Assembly: GCA_963776175.1 (NCBI GenBank)
Contig: CAVZLP010000013.1
Coordinates: 2,479-66,478, forward strand
Length of the DNA: 64,000 nucleotides
Origin: an uncultured beta proteobacterium
GTDB taxonomy: Bacteria > Pseudomonadota > Gammaproteobacteria > Burkholderiales > Casimicrobiaceae
Direction: 5' to 3'
Of this stretch, positions 48,791-57,527 are shown one piece after another (position 1 is the stretch's first letter; the number at the start of each line of letters is the position of its first letter). A program made the translations under genes and the position numbers. Below the pieces are notes generated by a model, which searched no databases, was not told the origin of the DNA, and worked only from the letters and a program-made list of their open reading frames with translations.

Positions 48791-51400
48791 CTAGCCTGGC
48801 TTGAAGCCGACCTTTGCCATCGCGGCTGGGCTCAATGGGACGGCCGCCTCGCCGATGTGCTGCCACGGGTCCGCCTTGGCTCTGGCCAGCCGCTTGGGCA
48901 TGTTTCCGACGTTGAAGTGATCGAAGCGCAGGTCGCGGGACAGCTCGTCCCAGGCAACGGGCGCCGATACCGGTGCGTTCGCTCGGGCGCGGGTGGAATA
49001 GGCAGCTACCGCGGTCGCGCCCTCGCTGTTCCGCAGATAGTCGATGAAGATCTTGCCCCGGCGCGAGATCTTCAGCAGCTTGGAAGTGAAACGATCGGGA
49101 AAAGTCCTCTCGAGGAGCTCCGCGACAGCCTTCGAGAATCCCTTCACGTGTTCCCAGCCGACGCCAGGTTCGATCGGCACGACCACGTGCAGACCCTTGC
49201 CGCCGGTCGTTTTCAGGAACGGCGCGAGCCCGATATTGTCCAGCAAGGTCTTCACGATCAGCGCCGCCTGTTTCAAGTCGTCCCAGCCCACCGCATCGTC
49301 GGGATCGAGGTCGAAAATGATCCGGTCGGGAAAGCCCAGGCGTTGCGCGCGAGATCCCCATGGGTGCAGTTCGAGCACGCCCATCTGGAGCAGCGCGACG
49401 ATCGCCGGCACCGAATCGGCCATCATGTAAAGCGAGACGCCGCCATCGCTGTTGTCGATCTCGACGCGCGAGATCGCCTCGTTCACGCCGTCCTCGGCCT
49501 TCTTCTGATAGAAGCATTCCTGATTCCAGCCGTTCGGACAGCGCAGCAGCGTCAGTGGCCGATCGCGCACATGCGGCAGCATCCACTCGCCGACTGCGGC
49601 GTAGTACAAGGCTAAGTCGCGCTTGGTGATCTTGGCTTCCGGATAAAGAGGCTTTTCGGGATGGGTCAGGACGATGCCGGCGACCGCGTTCTTGTCGCCG
49701 CCGGCCCGCGCCTTGATGCGCGACGCGGGGCGCGGCAGCGGCTCGTCCGAGGGCTCGCCGCTCGCCGAAGGTCCCGTTTCTTCGCGAACGATGTCCGTTG
49801 CAGCCTTGTCGGCGCGCAGACCCTGAAAGGAGGGATGGCGCAAGGTTCCGTCATCGGTCCACTCGGTGAACGAAACTTCGGCAACCAGAACCGGTTTCAC
49901 CCAATGGGCGCGACGGCCTTCCGCGCCGAGCGGCGGATTGTGGAATGGACTTTTTTTCTGTACCAGTCCCGACAGTGCGCGGCTCAACGCGGTGAGCGAT
50001 GCGTCGCTGAATCCGGTCCCGACCTTGCCCGCGTAGGCGAGCTTGCCATCCGGCTGATAGACGCCGAGCAGCAAGGCACCGAATCCGTGGCGAGACCCTT
50101 CCGGATCGGTAAAACCGCCGATCACCATTTCCTGCCGCCGCATGCACTTGATCTTTTGCCACGCCGGTCCTCGGCCGGCCCGGTGCGGCAAGTCAGCGCG
50201 TTTGGAGACCATCCCTTCGAGGCCGAGGTCGCTGACGTTCTGAAAGAACGCCGAACCCGGAGCGGCGAAATGTTCGCTGTACTTGATCGCTGCGGGCGCT
50301 TTGGATAGAAGATCGCGCAACAAGCGCTTGCGCTCGGTCAGCACGACGCCGCGCAGATCGAAGCCGTTCAGGTAGAGCAGGTCGAACGCCAAATACTTGA
50401 GGTCCCGAGATTCCGCGGCCGAAAGCGCTTTCTGCAGCGCCTGAAAACTGGTGCGGCCCTTGGCGTCCATGGCGACAACCTCGCCGTCCAGCCACGCGTT
50501 GTCCACCGGGAGAAGAGCCAGCGCACGGGCAAGCGCGGGGAAGTCACCGGTCCAGTCCTTGGCGTTGCGCGATACCATGCGCACCCGCTGCTGCGCGATC
50601 CGGCACAGCATGCGGTAGCCGTCATACTTGATTTCGTGCACCCAGGCCGGCCCGGTCGGCGGTGATCTGGCCGACGTCGCCAATTGCGCTTCCAGCAGCT
50701 CCGGAAGCGGCGCTTTGCGCGCACCTTTGATCCTGGCGAGTCCAACGACGGCATCGCGTCCCGGCTTGCGGATGGCGCCGCCCTTGACGTTGGCGGCGAC
50801 CGACTTGTTCGAATGCCAGACCCGATCCGCATCGGCGGCAATCTGTTCCAGGCTTCGACCCGTGGCGACGCTGTCGGGACGATCTTCGGCGATCAACGCC
50901 TCGGGACCCAAACGCGCGAATTCGTCGGCCTCCTTGAACAGCAGCCAGCTGTTTTCGCCACCGTACTTGCCGCTGCGGCTGCGCACCAGATTCCAGCCGC
51001 CTTTGAGCTTCTCGCCCTCCAGCTCGAACTTCATGCGCCCCTTGGCATAGGCTTCGTCGGGATCGGTCTTCGGAAGCCACGATCCGCGATCCCACACCAT
51101 GACTGTTCCCGCACCGTATTGTTTCGGCGGAATCACACCCTCGAAATCGCCGTATTCCAACGGGTGGTCCTCGACATGCATGGCGAGCCGCTTGTCGTTG
51201 GGATCGAGGCTCGGGCCCTTGGGCACAGCCCAGCTGAGCAGCACGCCGTTCAGCTCCAGCCGGAAGTCGTAATGGAGTCGGCTGGCCGCATGCTTTTGAA
51301 TGACGAATTTGAGGCCGCGCGCGCGGCGCTGCCCGACCTTGCCCGCGGGCTCGGGTGTCACCCGGAAGTCACGTTTTTGGCGATAGCGCTCGAGGGCCAT
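48791..51400 (-). CDS. ligD: multidomain ATP-dependent DNA ligase D (phosphoesterase-ligase-polymerase order)
   Basis: The PE domain reads YRQKRDFRVTPEP...FVIQKHAASRLHYDFRLE. The ligase adenylation motif is HEIKYDGYRML. The C-terminal primase-polymerase domain reads FIDYLRN..GATAVAAYSTRAR. The 869-aa ORF is intact. Confidence 0.92.
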   Translation of the reverse strand: MALERYRQKRDFRVTPEPAGKVGQRRARGLKFVIQKHAASRLHYDFRLELNGVLLSWAVPKGPSLDPNDKRLAMHVEDHPLEYGDFEGVIPPKQYGAGTVMVWDRGSWLPKTDPDEAYAKGRMKFELEGEKLKGGWNLVRSRSGKYGGENSWLLFKEADEFARLGPEALIAEDRPDSVATGRSLEQIAADADRVWHSNKSVAANVKGGAIRKPGRDAVVGLARIKGARKAPLPELLEAQLATSARSPPTGPAWVHEIKYDGYRMLCRIAQQRVRMVSRNAKDWTGDFPALARALALLPVDNAWLDGEVVAMDAKGRTSFQALQKALSAAESRDLKYLAFDLLYLNGFDLRGVVLTERKRLLRDLLSKAPAAIKYSEHFAAPGSAFFQNVSDLGLEGMVSKRADLPHRAGRGPAWQKIKCMRRQEMVIGGFTDPEGSRHGFGALLLGVYQPDGKLAYAGKVGTGFSDASLTALSRALSGLVQKKSPFHNPPLGAEGRRAHWVKPVLVAEVSFTEWTDDGTLRHPSFQGLRADKAATDIVREETGPSASGEPSDEPLPRPASRIKARAGGDKNAVAGIVLTHPEKPLYPEAKITKRDLALYYAAVGEWMLPHVRDRPLTLLRCPNGWNQECFYQKKAEDGVNEAISRVEIDNSDGGVSLYMMADSVPAIVALLQMGVLELHPWGSRAQRLGFPDRIIFDLDPDDAVGWDDLKQAALIVKTLLDNIGLAPFLKTTGGKGLHVVVPIEPGVGWEHVKGFSKAVAELLERTFPDRFTSKLLKISRRGKIFIDYLRNSEGATAVAAYSTRARANAPVSAPVAWDELSRDLRFDHFNVGNMPKRLARAKADPWQHIGEAAVPLSPAAMAKVGFKPG

Positions 51401-51549
51401 GGAATAGGGTAAACGGTCACATCACGATGCCTTATCTACAACGTCCCGGAGGAGCCGCGCAGGAAAAGCACGCCGTTTAGTTGAAGATCGCCCGATATTT
51501 TGGCACGATGAACGGTTCCGACACCGTATCCCTATCACGGAGGCCCCTT

Positions 51550-52452
51550 ATGGCCGCTCGCGCATTGGCTTCGGTTACTGTCACCTTTGGCATGGTCTCG
51601 ATCCCGGTCAAGCTCTATACGGCGACCCAGGCCCAGGCGGGAGTGTCGTTCAACCTCCTGCATGCCGGTTGCGGTTCCAGGCTGAAGCAGCAATACCTGT
51701 GCGCCCGCGAAGGCGTCGTGGTCGAGCGGGCGGACATGGTCAAAGGGTACGAGTTCGCCAAGGATCAGTACGTGACCTTCACGCCGGAAGAGTTGAAGGA
51801 ACTGGAGGAGAAGGGCACGCAGACGATCGAAATCAGCGAGTTCGTGCCGGCGGAAAGCATCGACCCGATCTATTACGACAAGGCCTATTTCCTGGGGCCT
51901 GATAAAGGTGGCGCGAAACCGTATGCCTTGCTGGCTGAAAGCATGCGCCAGACCAAGCAGACCGCAGTCGGGCGCTACGCCGCGCGGGGCAAGCAGTACA
52001 TCGTTCAGCTGCGCGCCGTGCCCGGTGGCCTGGTCATGCAACAACTCCTCTACGCGCCGGAAGTTCGCGCCCTCGCCGACATCGGGATCGAGGAAGCGCC
52101 GGTGCGCGACAGCGAGCTCGCATTGGCGAAGCAGCTCATCGGGCAGATCTCGTCGCAGCAGTTCGATCCGAGCGCCTACGAGGACGACGTCAGGAAGCGC
52201 ATCGAGGCTGCGGTCCAGAAAAAGGTCGAGGGCGAGGAAATCGCCGTGTCGCCCAGCGCGCCGGAAGCGGGCGCACAGGTCATCGACCTGATGGAGGCTC
52301 TGCGCGCCAGCCTCGAAAAGACCGCGGGCAAACGCGCTCAGCCGAAGGCGGTGCCAGCTGCCGCATCGGCCGAAGCCAAGGGTGCGCAGCGCAAGCCGCC
52401 CAAGAAGATCGCCAGCGAACCCGAAACGCGCCGCAAGGCCGCCAAGCGCTAG
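51550..52452 (+). CDS. ku: NHEJ protein Ku
   Basis: Begins at MAARALAS with a GGAGG RBS. Contains TVTFGMVSIPVKLYTAT and YYDKAYFLGPDKGG, with a lysine-rich basic tail. It is divergent from ligD. Confidence 0.9.
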   Translation: MAARALASVTVTFGMVSIPVKLYTATQAQAGVSFNLLHAGCGSRLKQQYLCAREGVVVERADMVKGYEFAKDQYVTFTPEELKELEEKGTQTIEISEFVPAESIDPIYYDKAYFLGPDKGGAKPYALLAESMRQTKQTAVGRYAARGKQYIVQLRAVPGGLVMQQLLYAPEVRALADIGIEEAPVRDSELALAKQLIGQISSQQFDPSAYEDDVRKRIEAAVQKKVEGEEIAVSPSAPEAGAQVIDLMEALRASLEKTAGKRAQPKAVPAAASAEAKGAQRKPPKKIASEPETRRKAAKR

Positions 52453-52471
52453 GAACCGTGCTCGTGACGTC

Positions 52472-53290
52472 GTGACCGAAGGCTATTCGCTCCGCGAAGT
52501 CGGCAAGCTGCTCGGACTTTCCCGTTCCATGGTGGGTCGGCTGATCGACGCCGGCTTCGTATCACCCACTCGCGGCCAGCGCCGTGAATATCGTTTCACT
52601 TTCCGCGACCTGGTCCTTTTGCGGGCGGCGCAAGGCCTGACCGAAGCCAAGATTCCATCGGCACGAATTCTGCGTTCTCTGCGCCGCTTGCGGGCGCAAT
52701 TGCCACAGCAGGTCCCGCTCGCCGGCTTGCGGATCGAGGCGGTCGGCGACTCGGTCGTAGTGAGCGAAGGGCCAGCGCAATGGCGGCCGGACGACGGTCA
52801 ATACGTGATGCAGTTCCAGGTTGCATCCCCGGATGGGCGACTCGCCTTCTTCAGTCCCGCCGAAACGCGCCCCGCGCAGCCGGAAGAGCCATGGTTCGAA
52901 CGCGGTCTCGCGCTCGAGCGCACGAGTCCCGACGAGGCGTGCGAAGCTTATCGCCGCGCCGTCAAGGAGGACCCCGCGTATTGCGGCGCGTACGTCAACC
53001 TTGGCCGGCTCCTGCATGAGCGCGGCCGAATGCAGGAAGCGGAAACCGTGTACCGCAGGGGGCTCGTCGCCTGCGGCGCGGATGGAACCTTGCTGTTCAA
53101 TCTCGGGATCCTGCTCGAAGACCTGCAGCGGCCGGATGACGCCGCCGGCTCCTATCGAGCTGCGCTGGTTGCCGCTCCCGACATGGCGGACGCTCATTTC
53201 AATCTGGGCCGCCTGTGCGAGGCGCGAGGGCTGCAGCAGGAGGCGGTGCGGCACTTCAGCGCCTTTCGCAAGCTGACCGGGAACCGGTAA
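52472..53290 (+). CDS. MerR-type HTH protein with C-terminal TPR repeats
   Basis: YSLREVGKLLGLSRSMVGRLIDAGFVSP (HTH) is followed by at least 3 TPR-like units (AYRRAVKEDPAYCGAYVNLGRLL..., AETVYRRGL..., AGSYRAALVAAPDMADAHFNLGRL). The GTG start at 52472 is tentative. Confidence 0.65.
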   Translation: MTEGYSLREVGKLLGLSRSMVGRLIDAGFVSPTRGQRREYRFTFRDLVLLRAAQGLTEAKIPSARILRSLRRLRAQLPQQVPLAGLRIEAVGDSVVVSEGPAQWRPDDGQYVMQFQVASPDGRLAFFSPAETRPAQPEEPWFERGLALERTSPDEACEAYRRAVKEDPAYCGAYVNLGRLLHERGRMQEAETVYRRGLVACGADGTLLFNLGILLEDLQRPDDAAGSYRAALVAAPDMADAHFNLGRLCEARGLQQEAVRHFSAFRKLTGNR

Positions 53291-53499
53291 GCGCAGCGGC
53301 GGGCGCGCGGGAAGCCGCTAGGAGCTGACAATCCCTTCAGGTTCTGGCAGTCGCCACAATCGTCGAAGAGATTGCCGATCGCCTCGGGACCCGGGCTGAG
53401 AAAACCTTAAAGCGCCGCCGAGCTTGCGCGGCGCAGATGACGCCGATGTGACATGCTGCGCTGGAGGTCTCGGGAGCACACTGTCTCGCGCTACGGTGG

Positions 53500-54360
53500 T
53501 TAGCGCTGTACGTCGAACTGATCGCGCAGATCGTGCAGCAGAAAGCTCTCCAGTTCGGCGTTGTCCGCGGGGCGCGCCGACAGCGTCAAGCCATTCTCGT
53601 GGTGCGGTGATCGCCAGACGAAGTCGCCTTGCGAGTGCTCTCGAATGATGGCGATCATCCTGCGTACGACGGCGATGCGCATGTCGCTGTTGTTGCCTAA
53701 CCGCACCTCCACCATCTGGGGCGCCTTGCGGCCCATTTCGTCGTTCCAGCCGAAGAACTCGAACGCCGCATCGTCGTAGTTCAAACGCCTGATCTCGAAC
53801 ATCCCTCCGCCCCTCGGTCTGTTCTCCGTGGCGACGCCGGTTGCCGCCAAGGGAAGATTGGCAGTGAGGCGGGCATTCGGGTCGGCCGTTTCATTTCCGC
53901 TCGGGGCCGTGGGCTCCTCGCCGCGTTCGCGGCGCCGTGCCTGGATGTATGACCAAAGGTCGCCAGACGGAGCGGGGCGGCTGCTGGCCGCGGCGGCGGG
54001 CGGCGGCGTTGCAACAGGCGGCGTCGGAATGTCGGGTGTTGCTGGAATCGGCGCAGTGAGAACGGGCGGAGCCGGCGCGGGCGACGCCGGCGGAGGCCTG
54101 CGAGGTATTGCTCGGGTGACAGCTCTGCGGGGAGGTTCGAACTTCGGCAGCGGCGGTGGCTCGGAAGGAGCAGCGAGCTGCACCTGCAGTCGGTTCGCCG
54201 CCAACGACAGTCGCTCGTCACCAGGCCTCGACAAGCGCACGCGCGGCAGCAGCATCAAGGCGGCGAGGTGGATCAGCAAGGACAGCGCGATCGTCAGGCG
54301 AAGCGTGCGCATCGCCGACAGGTCGCTCCCGTAGTTCGCTGAATAAAGCCAGTAGCGCAT
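53500..54360 (-). CDS. proline-rich membrane-anchored hypothetical protein
   Basis: TM helix LRLTIALSLLIHLAALMLLP, a long P/A-rich linker, and a globular C-terminal domain of about 120 aa. The layout is TonB-like but no TonB C-terminal motif is recognised. Confidence 0.55.
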   Translation of the reverse strand: MRYWLYSANYGSDLSAMRTLRLTIALSLLIHLAALMLLPRVRLSRPGDERLSLAANRLQVQLAAPSEPPPLPKFEPPRRAVTRAIPRRPPPASPAPAPPVLTAPIPATPDIPTPPVATPPPAAAASSRPAPSGDLWSYIQARRRERGEEPTAPSGNETADPNARLTANLPLAATGVATENRPRGGGMFEIRRLNYDDAAFEFFGWNDEMGRKAPQMVEVRLGNNSDMRIAVVRRMIAIIREHSQGDFVWRSPHHENGLTLSARPADNAELESFLLHDLRDQFDVQR

Positions 54361-54560
54361 CGGTCGTCGATCTTACGCGCGCAAGGTCGGAACTCGCTTG
54401 CTCGCATTGCCCCCGCGCGGTTTGAGAACGAGCCACAGTGCAAGCGGCTGCTGCTTACCGCCGTTGCGATAGTAGGCAGACCTTCGTCCGAACGAAGGGA
54501 ACTCGAGTTCCCGCCCGGGGCGGAGGCAGGATAGCTCATGCTCTGTTACATTCTGTCGCC

Positions 54561-56297
54561 ATGAGCGCGCGGCCCCATCAGCGTCGTCATTCGGCACGCG
54601 ATCTGGAGACGATCCTCGGCGTCACCAGCGCTCTGGCGGCTCCATTCGATCTGATGACCATGCTGGCCGAGGTCGTGAGCGCCGCCAAGCAGGTCCTCAA
54701 TGCCGATCGCGGCTCGGTCTGGCTGTACGACGCCGCGGCCGACGAGCTCGTTCTCGAGGTCGCCACCGGCATCCGGCCCGTCCGCGTGCCTGCAGGGGCA
54801 GGGCTGGTGGGTGCCTGCGCGCGCAATCGCCAGATCATCAACGTCCCCGATTGCTACGCCGACTCGCGGTTCGACCCGGCGGTCGACAGGAGTTCCGGCT
54901 ACCGGACGCGCTGCATGCTCACCTTGCCGCTTGTCGATCACAAGGATGTCCTGGTCGGGGTGATGCAGGTGCTGAACAAGGCTGGCGGGGCCGTTTTCGA
55001 CGCCCACGACGAGACGCTCGCCACGGCGCTTGCGGCGCAGTGTGCCGTCGCGCTGCAGCGAGTACGGATGACCGAGGCGGTGATCGAAGGCGAGAAAATG
55101 CGCCAGGAGCTGGAAATGGCGCGCATCGTCCAGATGAGCACGCTGCCCGCCAGCATGCCCGCGCTCCCCGGTTACGATGTTTACGGCGCGTTCAAGCCGG
55201 CCGAACTTACCGGCGGAGACACCTTCGACCTTGCGCTGCTCGACCAGGGCTTGCTGGCGGTGCTGGGGGATGCCACCGGCCACGGCATCGCCCCGGCGCT
55301 ATCGGTGACGCAGATGCAGGCGATGCTGCGCATGGCATTCCGCCTGGGCGCCGACCTGGAAACCGCCTTCAAGGAGGTGAACAACCAGCTCGCCGACACG
55401 CTGGCCAGCGACCGATTCATCACGGCCTTTGTCGGCATACTGGACGCCAGTTCGCACCGCATGCGTTTCCACAGCGGCGGCCAGGGGCCGATCCTTCATT
55501 TCCAGGCTGCGCTCGGGGCCTGCGCCCGCTACAAGCCGACCAGCTTTCCCCTGGGCGCCATGCGCCTGAGTACGCTTCGGCCCGCGGTAACGCTGGAGAT
55601 GCAGCCGGGCGACATCCTGCTCCTGCTCTCGGACGGAATCTACGAGTACCAGGGCGCCGGAGGCGAACAGTTCGGGGAGGCGCGAGTCGAGGAGATCGTC
55701 GGGTCCCACCACGGCAAGTCGATGGCGGAACTTTCGACCATTCTGCTGGCGGCGGTTCAGGCGTTCGCCGACGGCGCCCCGCAGGACGACGACATAACCG
55801 TGGTACTGGTCAAGCGCGAGACTTCCTCGACCGCCGTCCACCGGTCGTTCGAGCGCAGTTTCGACTCGATCGAGGGCATCTTCGGGTTCACCTCGGAGGT
55901 ATTCGCGAGCCAACAGATCGATCCCGAGCTGCTGCCGGTCGTCGATCTGGCAGTGGAAGAGTTGTTCACGAACATGGTCAAATACAGCACCATGAGCAGC
56001 GCCGCGGTCCGCATCGATCTGGCCAAGGTCGATGATGGCGTGGAAGTGACGCTGACCGACTATGATGTCGAGCCATTCGACGTCACCCAGGCGCCGGACG
56101 TGAACATCGAGCTGCCGATCGAGCAGCGCAAGCCCGGTGGGCTGGGGCTGCATCTGATTCGACGGCTGGTGGACAGCATCGAATACGAGTATTCAAGGGA
56201 GAACCGCCAGAGCCGGACCACGTTCCGCAAGACCCGGACCGGGCGACCAGCCCGGGGAAGCGGGGCGAACACAGGGGATAAGCATGCTCGCGATTGA
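54561..56297 (+). CDS. GAF - PP2C (SpoIIE/RsbU-type) phosphatase - RsbW-type HATPase kinase fusion protein
   Basis: The GAF region reads ADRGSVWLYD...LVGACA...YRTRCMLTLPL. The PP2C region reads GGDTFDL...LGDATGHGI...LLLLSDGIYE...PQDDDITVV. The kinase region reads AVEELFTNMVKY...KPGGLGLHLIRRLVD. Confidence 0.85.
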   Translation: MSARPHQRRHSARDLETILGVTSALAAPFDLMTMLAEVVSAAKQVLNADRGSVWLYDAAADELVLEVATGIRPVRVPAGAGLVGACARNRQIINVPDCYADSRFDPAVDRSSGYRTRCMLTLPLVDHKDVLVGVMQVLNKAGGAVFDAHDETLATALAAQCAVALQRVRMTEAVIEGEKMRQELEMARIVQMSTLPASMPALPGYDVYGAFKPAELTGGDTFDLALLDQGLLAVLGDATGHGIAPALSVTQMQAMLRMAFRLGADLETAFKEVNNQLADTLASDRFITAFVGILDASSHRMRFHSGGQGPILHFQAALGACARYKPTSFPLGAMRLSTLRPAVTLEMQPGDILLLLSDGIYEYQGAGGEQFGEARVEEIVGSHHGKSMAELSTILLAAVQAFADGAPQDDDITVVLVKRETSSTAVHRSFERSFDSIEGIFGFTSEVFASQQIDPELLPVVDLAVEELFTNMVKYSTMSSAAVRIDLAKVDDGVEVTLTDYDVEPFDVTQAPDVNIELPIEQRKPGGLGLHLIRRLVDSIEYEYSRENRQSRTTFRKTRTGRPARGSGANTGDKHARD

Positions 56298-56578
56298 TTT
56301 TGGCCCGAATGACGTCGTCGTCATTGCGGGACGGCTGGACGCGGCCCAGTCCGCGGCCGCCCAGGCCTTTCTGGACCGGGTTGAGGGCAAGGTGACGCTG
56401 GACTGCAGCGGGCTCGAGTACATCTCCAGTGCCGGCCTCGGGCGTGCTTCTGAAGACCCAGAAGCGACTGCTGGCGGCGGATGGCAAGCTCCGGCTGTCC
56501 GGGGTCAACCGGCACCTGCGGGACATATTCGAGTACTCGGGCTTCGACCAGATTTTCGAGATCGAACCCGCCCGCTGA
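56284..56578 (+). CDS. STAS-domain anti-sigma-factor antagonist (RsbV/SpoIIAA-like), frameshifted as assembled
   Basis: Reads MLAIDFGPNDVVVIAGRLDAAQSAAAQAFLDRVEGKVTLDCSGLEYISSAGLG, then (extra G in CTCGGGCGTG near 56441) VLLKTQKRLLAADGKLRLSGVNRHLRDIFEYSGFDQIFEIEPAR*. The start overlaps the upstream stop. Confidence 0.8.
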
Positions 56579-56613
56579 TCGGTCCCCAACTTTTCCGGCC
56601 TCTGCGTGTAATT

Positions 56614-57156
56614 GTGGACAACGACCCAGACTTGGCGTTGGTCGAGCGGTGCCGGAACGGTGATTGGGCGGCATTCACCGAGTTGGTGATCCGGTACCAG
56701 CGGCCCATTTACAACGCTGCGTTCTGGATCCTGCGCAAGGCCGAGGATGCGAACGACATCACGCAGATCGTGTTCCTCAAGGTTGCGGAGCGGCTGGACG
56801 ACTATGATCCTCGGTTCAAGTTCTTCAGCTGGATCTACCGGATTGCGGTCAACGAGTCGCTCAATCTGCTGCGCCGAAACGGGCGGGAGGAAGCGCTCGA
56901 TGACGAGATCGACCTTCCGGGACTGGACAGCGCAAGCCCGGAGCGGATCGCCAGCGAAGCGCAGGTTTCGCGGCGAATCCAGAGCGCATTGATGAGCATG
57001 CCGACCAACGACCGGATGGTGCTGACGCTGCGGCACTTTTCGGAATGCAGCTACCAGGAGATCGGCGAGATCCTCGGCCTTGACGAAAAGACGGTGAAGT
57101 CCCGCCTGTTCGAAGCAAGGCACCGCCTCCGCGAATTGCTGAAAGACCTGCGATAA
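56614..57156 (+). CDS. ECF (sigma-70 family group 4) RNA polymerase sigma factor
   Basis: Region 2 reads FTELVIRYQRPIYNAAFWILRKAEDANDITQIVFLKV...FFSWIYRIAVNESLN. Region 4 reads LRHFSECSYQEIGEILGLDEKTVKSRLFEARHRL. The GTG start at 56614 is tentative. Confidence 0.88.
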   Translation: MDNDPDLALVERCRNGDWAAFTELVIRYQRPIYNAAFWILRKAEDANDITQIVFLKVAERLDDYDPRFKFFSWIYRIAVNESLNLLRRNGREEALDDEIDLPGLDSASPERIASEAQVSRRIQSALMSMPTNDRMVLTLRHFSECSYQEIGEILGLDEKTVKSRLFEARHRLRELLKDLR

Positions 57157-57161
57157 TCGAC

Positions 57162-57429
57162 ATGAATATTTTCGAACTCGATCTATTGATGCAAGCGGTG
57201 CTCGACGGCGAAGCCACGCCGTCGGAGGCTGGCGAGCTCGACCGCCATCTGGCGGCTGACCCGGCAGCCCGCGAGCGCTTCGAGGATCTCAAGCGGCTGT
57301 TCGAAGGACTCCGCCGCGTGCCCAAGGCGTTTCCGCCCGAAGGACTGGTCGCAGCGGTCACCGCCGCGGTGCCGCAGCGTCCGGTCGGGCGACAGGGCCT
57401 GCGCCAACTTTTTTCGCGGTCGCGTGTAA
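57162..57429 (+). CDS. putative anti-sigma factor (short, no TM), 3' end inferred
   Basis: LLMQAVLDGEATPSEAGELDRHLAADPAARERFEDLKRL is a typical N-terminal anti-sigma domain, lying 5 nt after the sigma stop. As assembled, the frame runs on to 57788 through a low-GC3 stretch. Removing one T from the T6 run (57409-57414) gives a TAA stop at 57427-57429. Confidence 0.6.
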
Positions 57430-57527
57430 TTAGGCAAGTTTCTATGGGACCCCGGGGCACGAGCCCGGGAGGTTCAGCAAGGGTCCATCAGGTATCCCAA
57501 CCGGGGCCACTACTAAGGGGCAACACA

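Noticed and set aside
56284-57156. 290-aa ORF suggesting a STAS-ECF sigma fusion
   Set aside because: The middle segment (...RASEDPEATAGGGWQAPAVRGQ...) is out-of-frame STAS sequence. Correcting one extra G restores a normal 97-aa STAS protein with its own stop at 56576-56578. The sigma factor starts separately.
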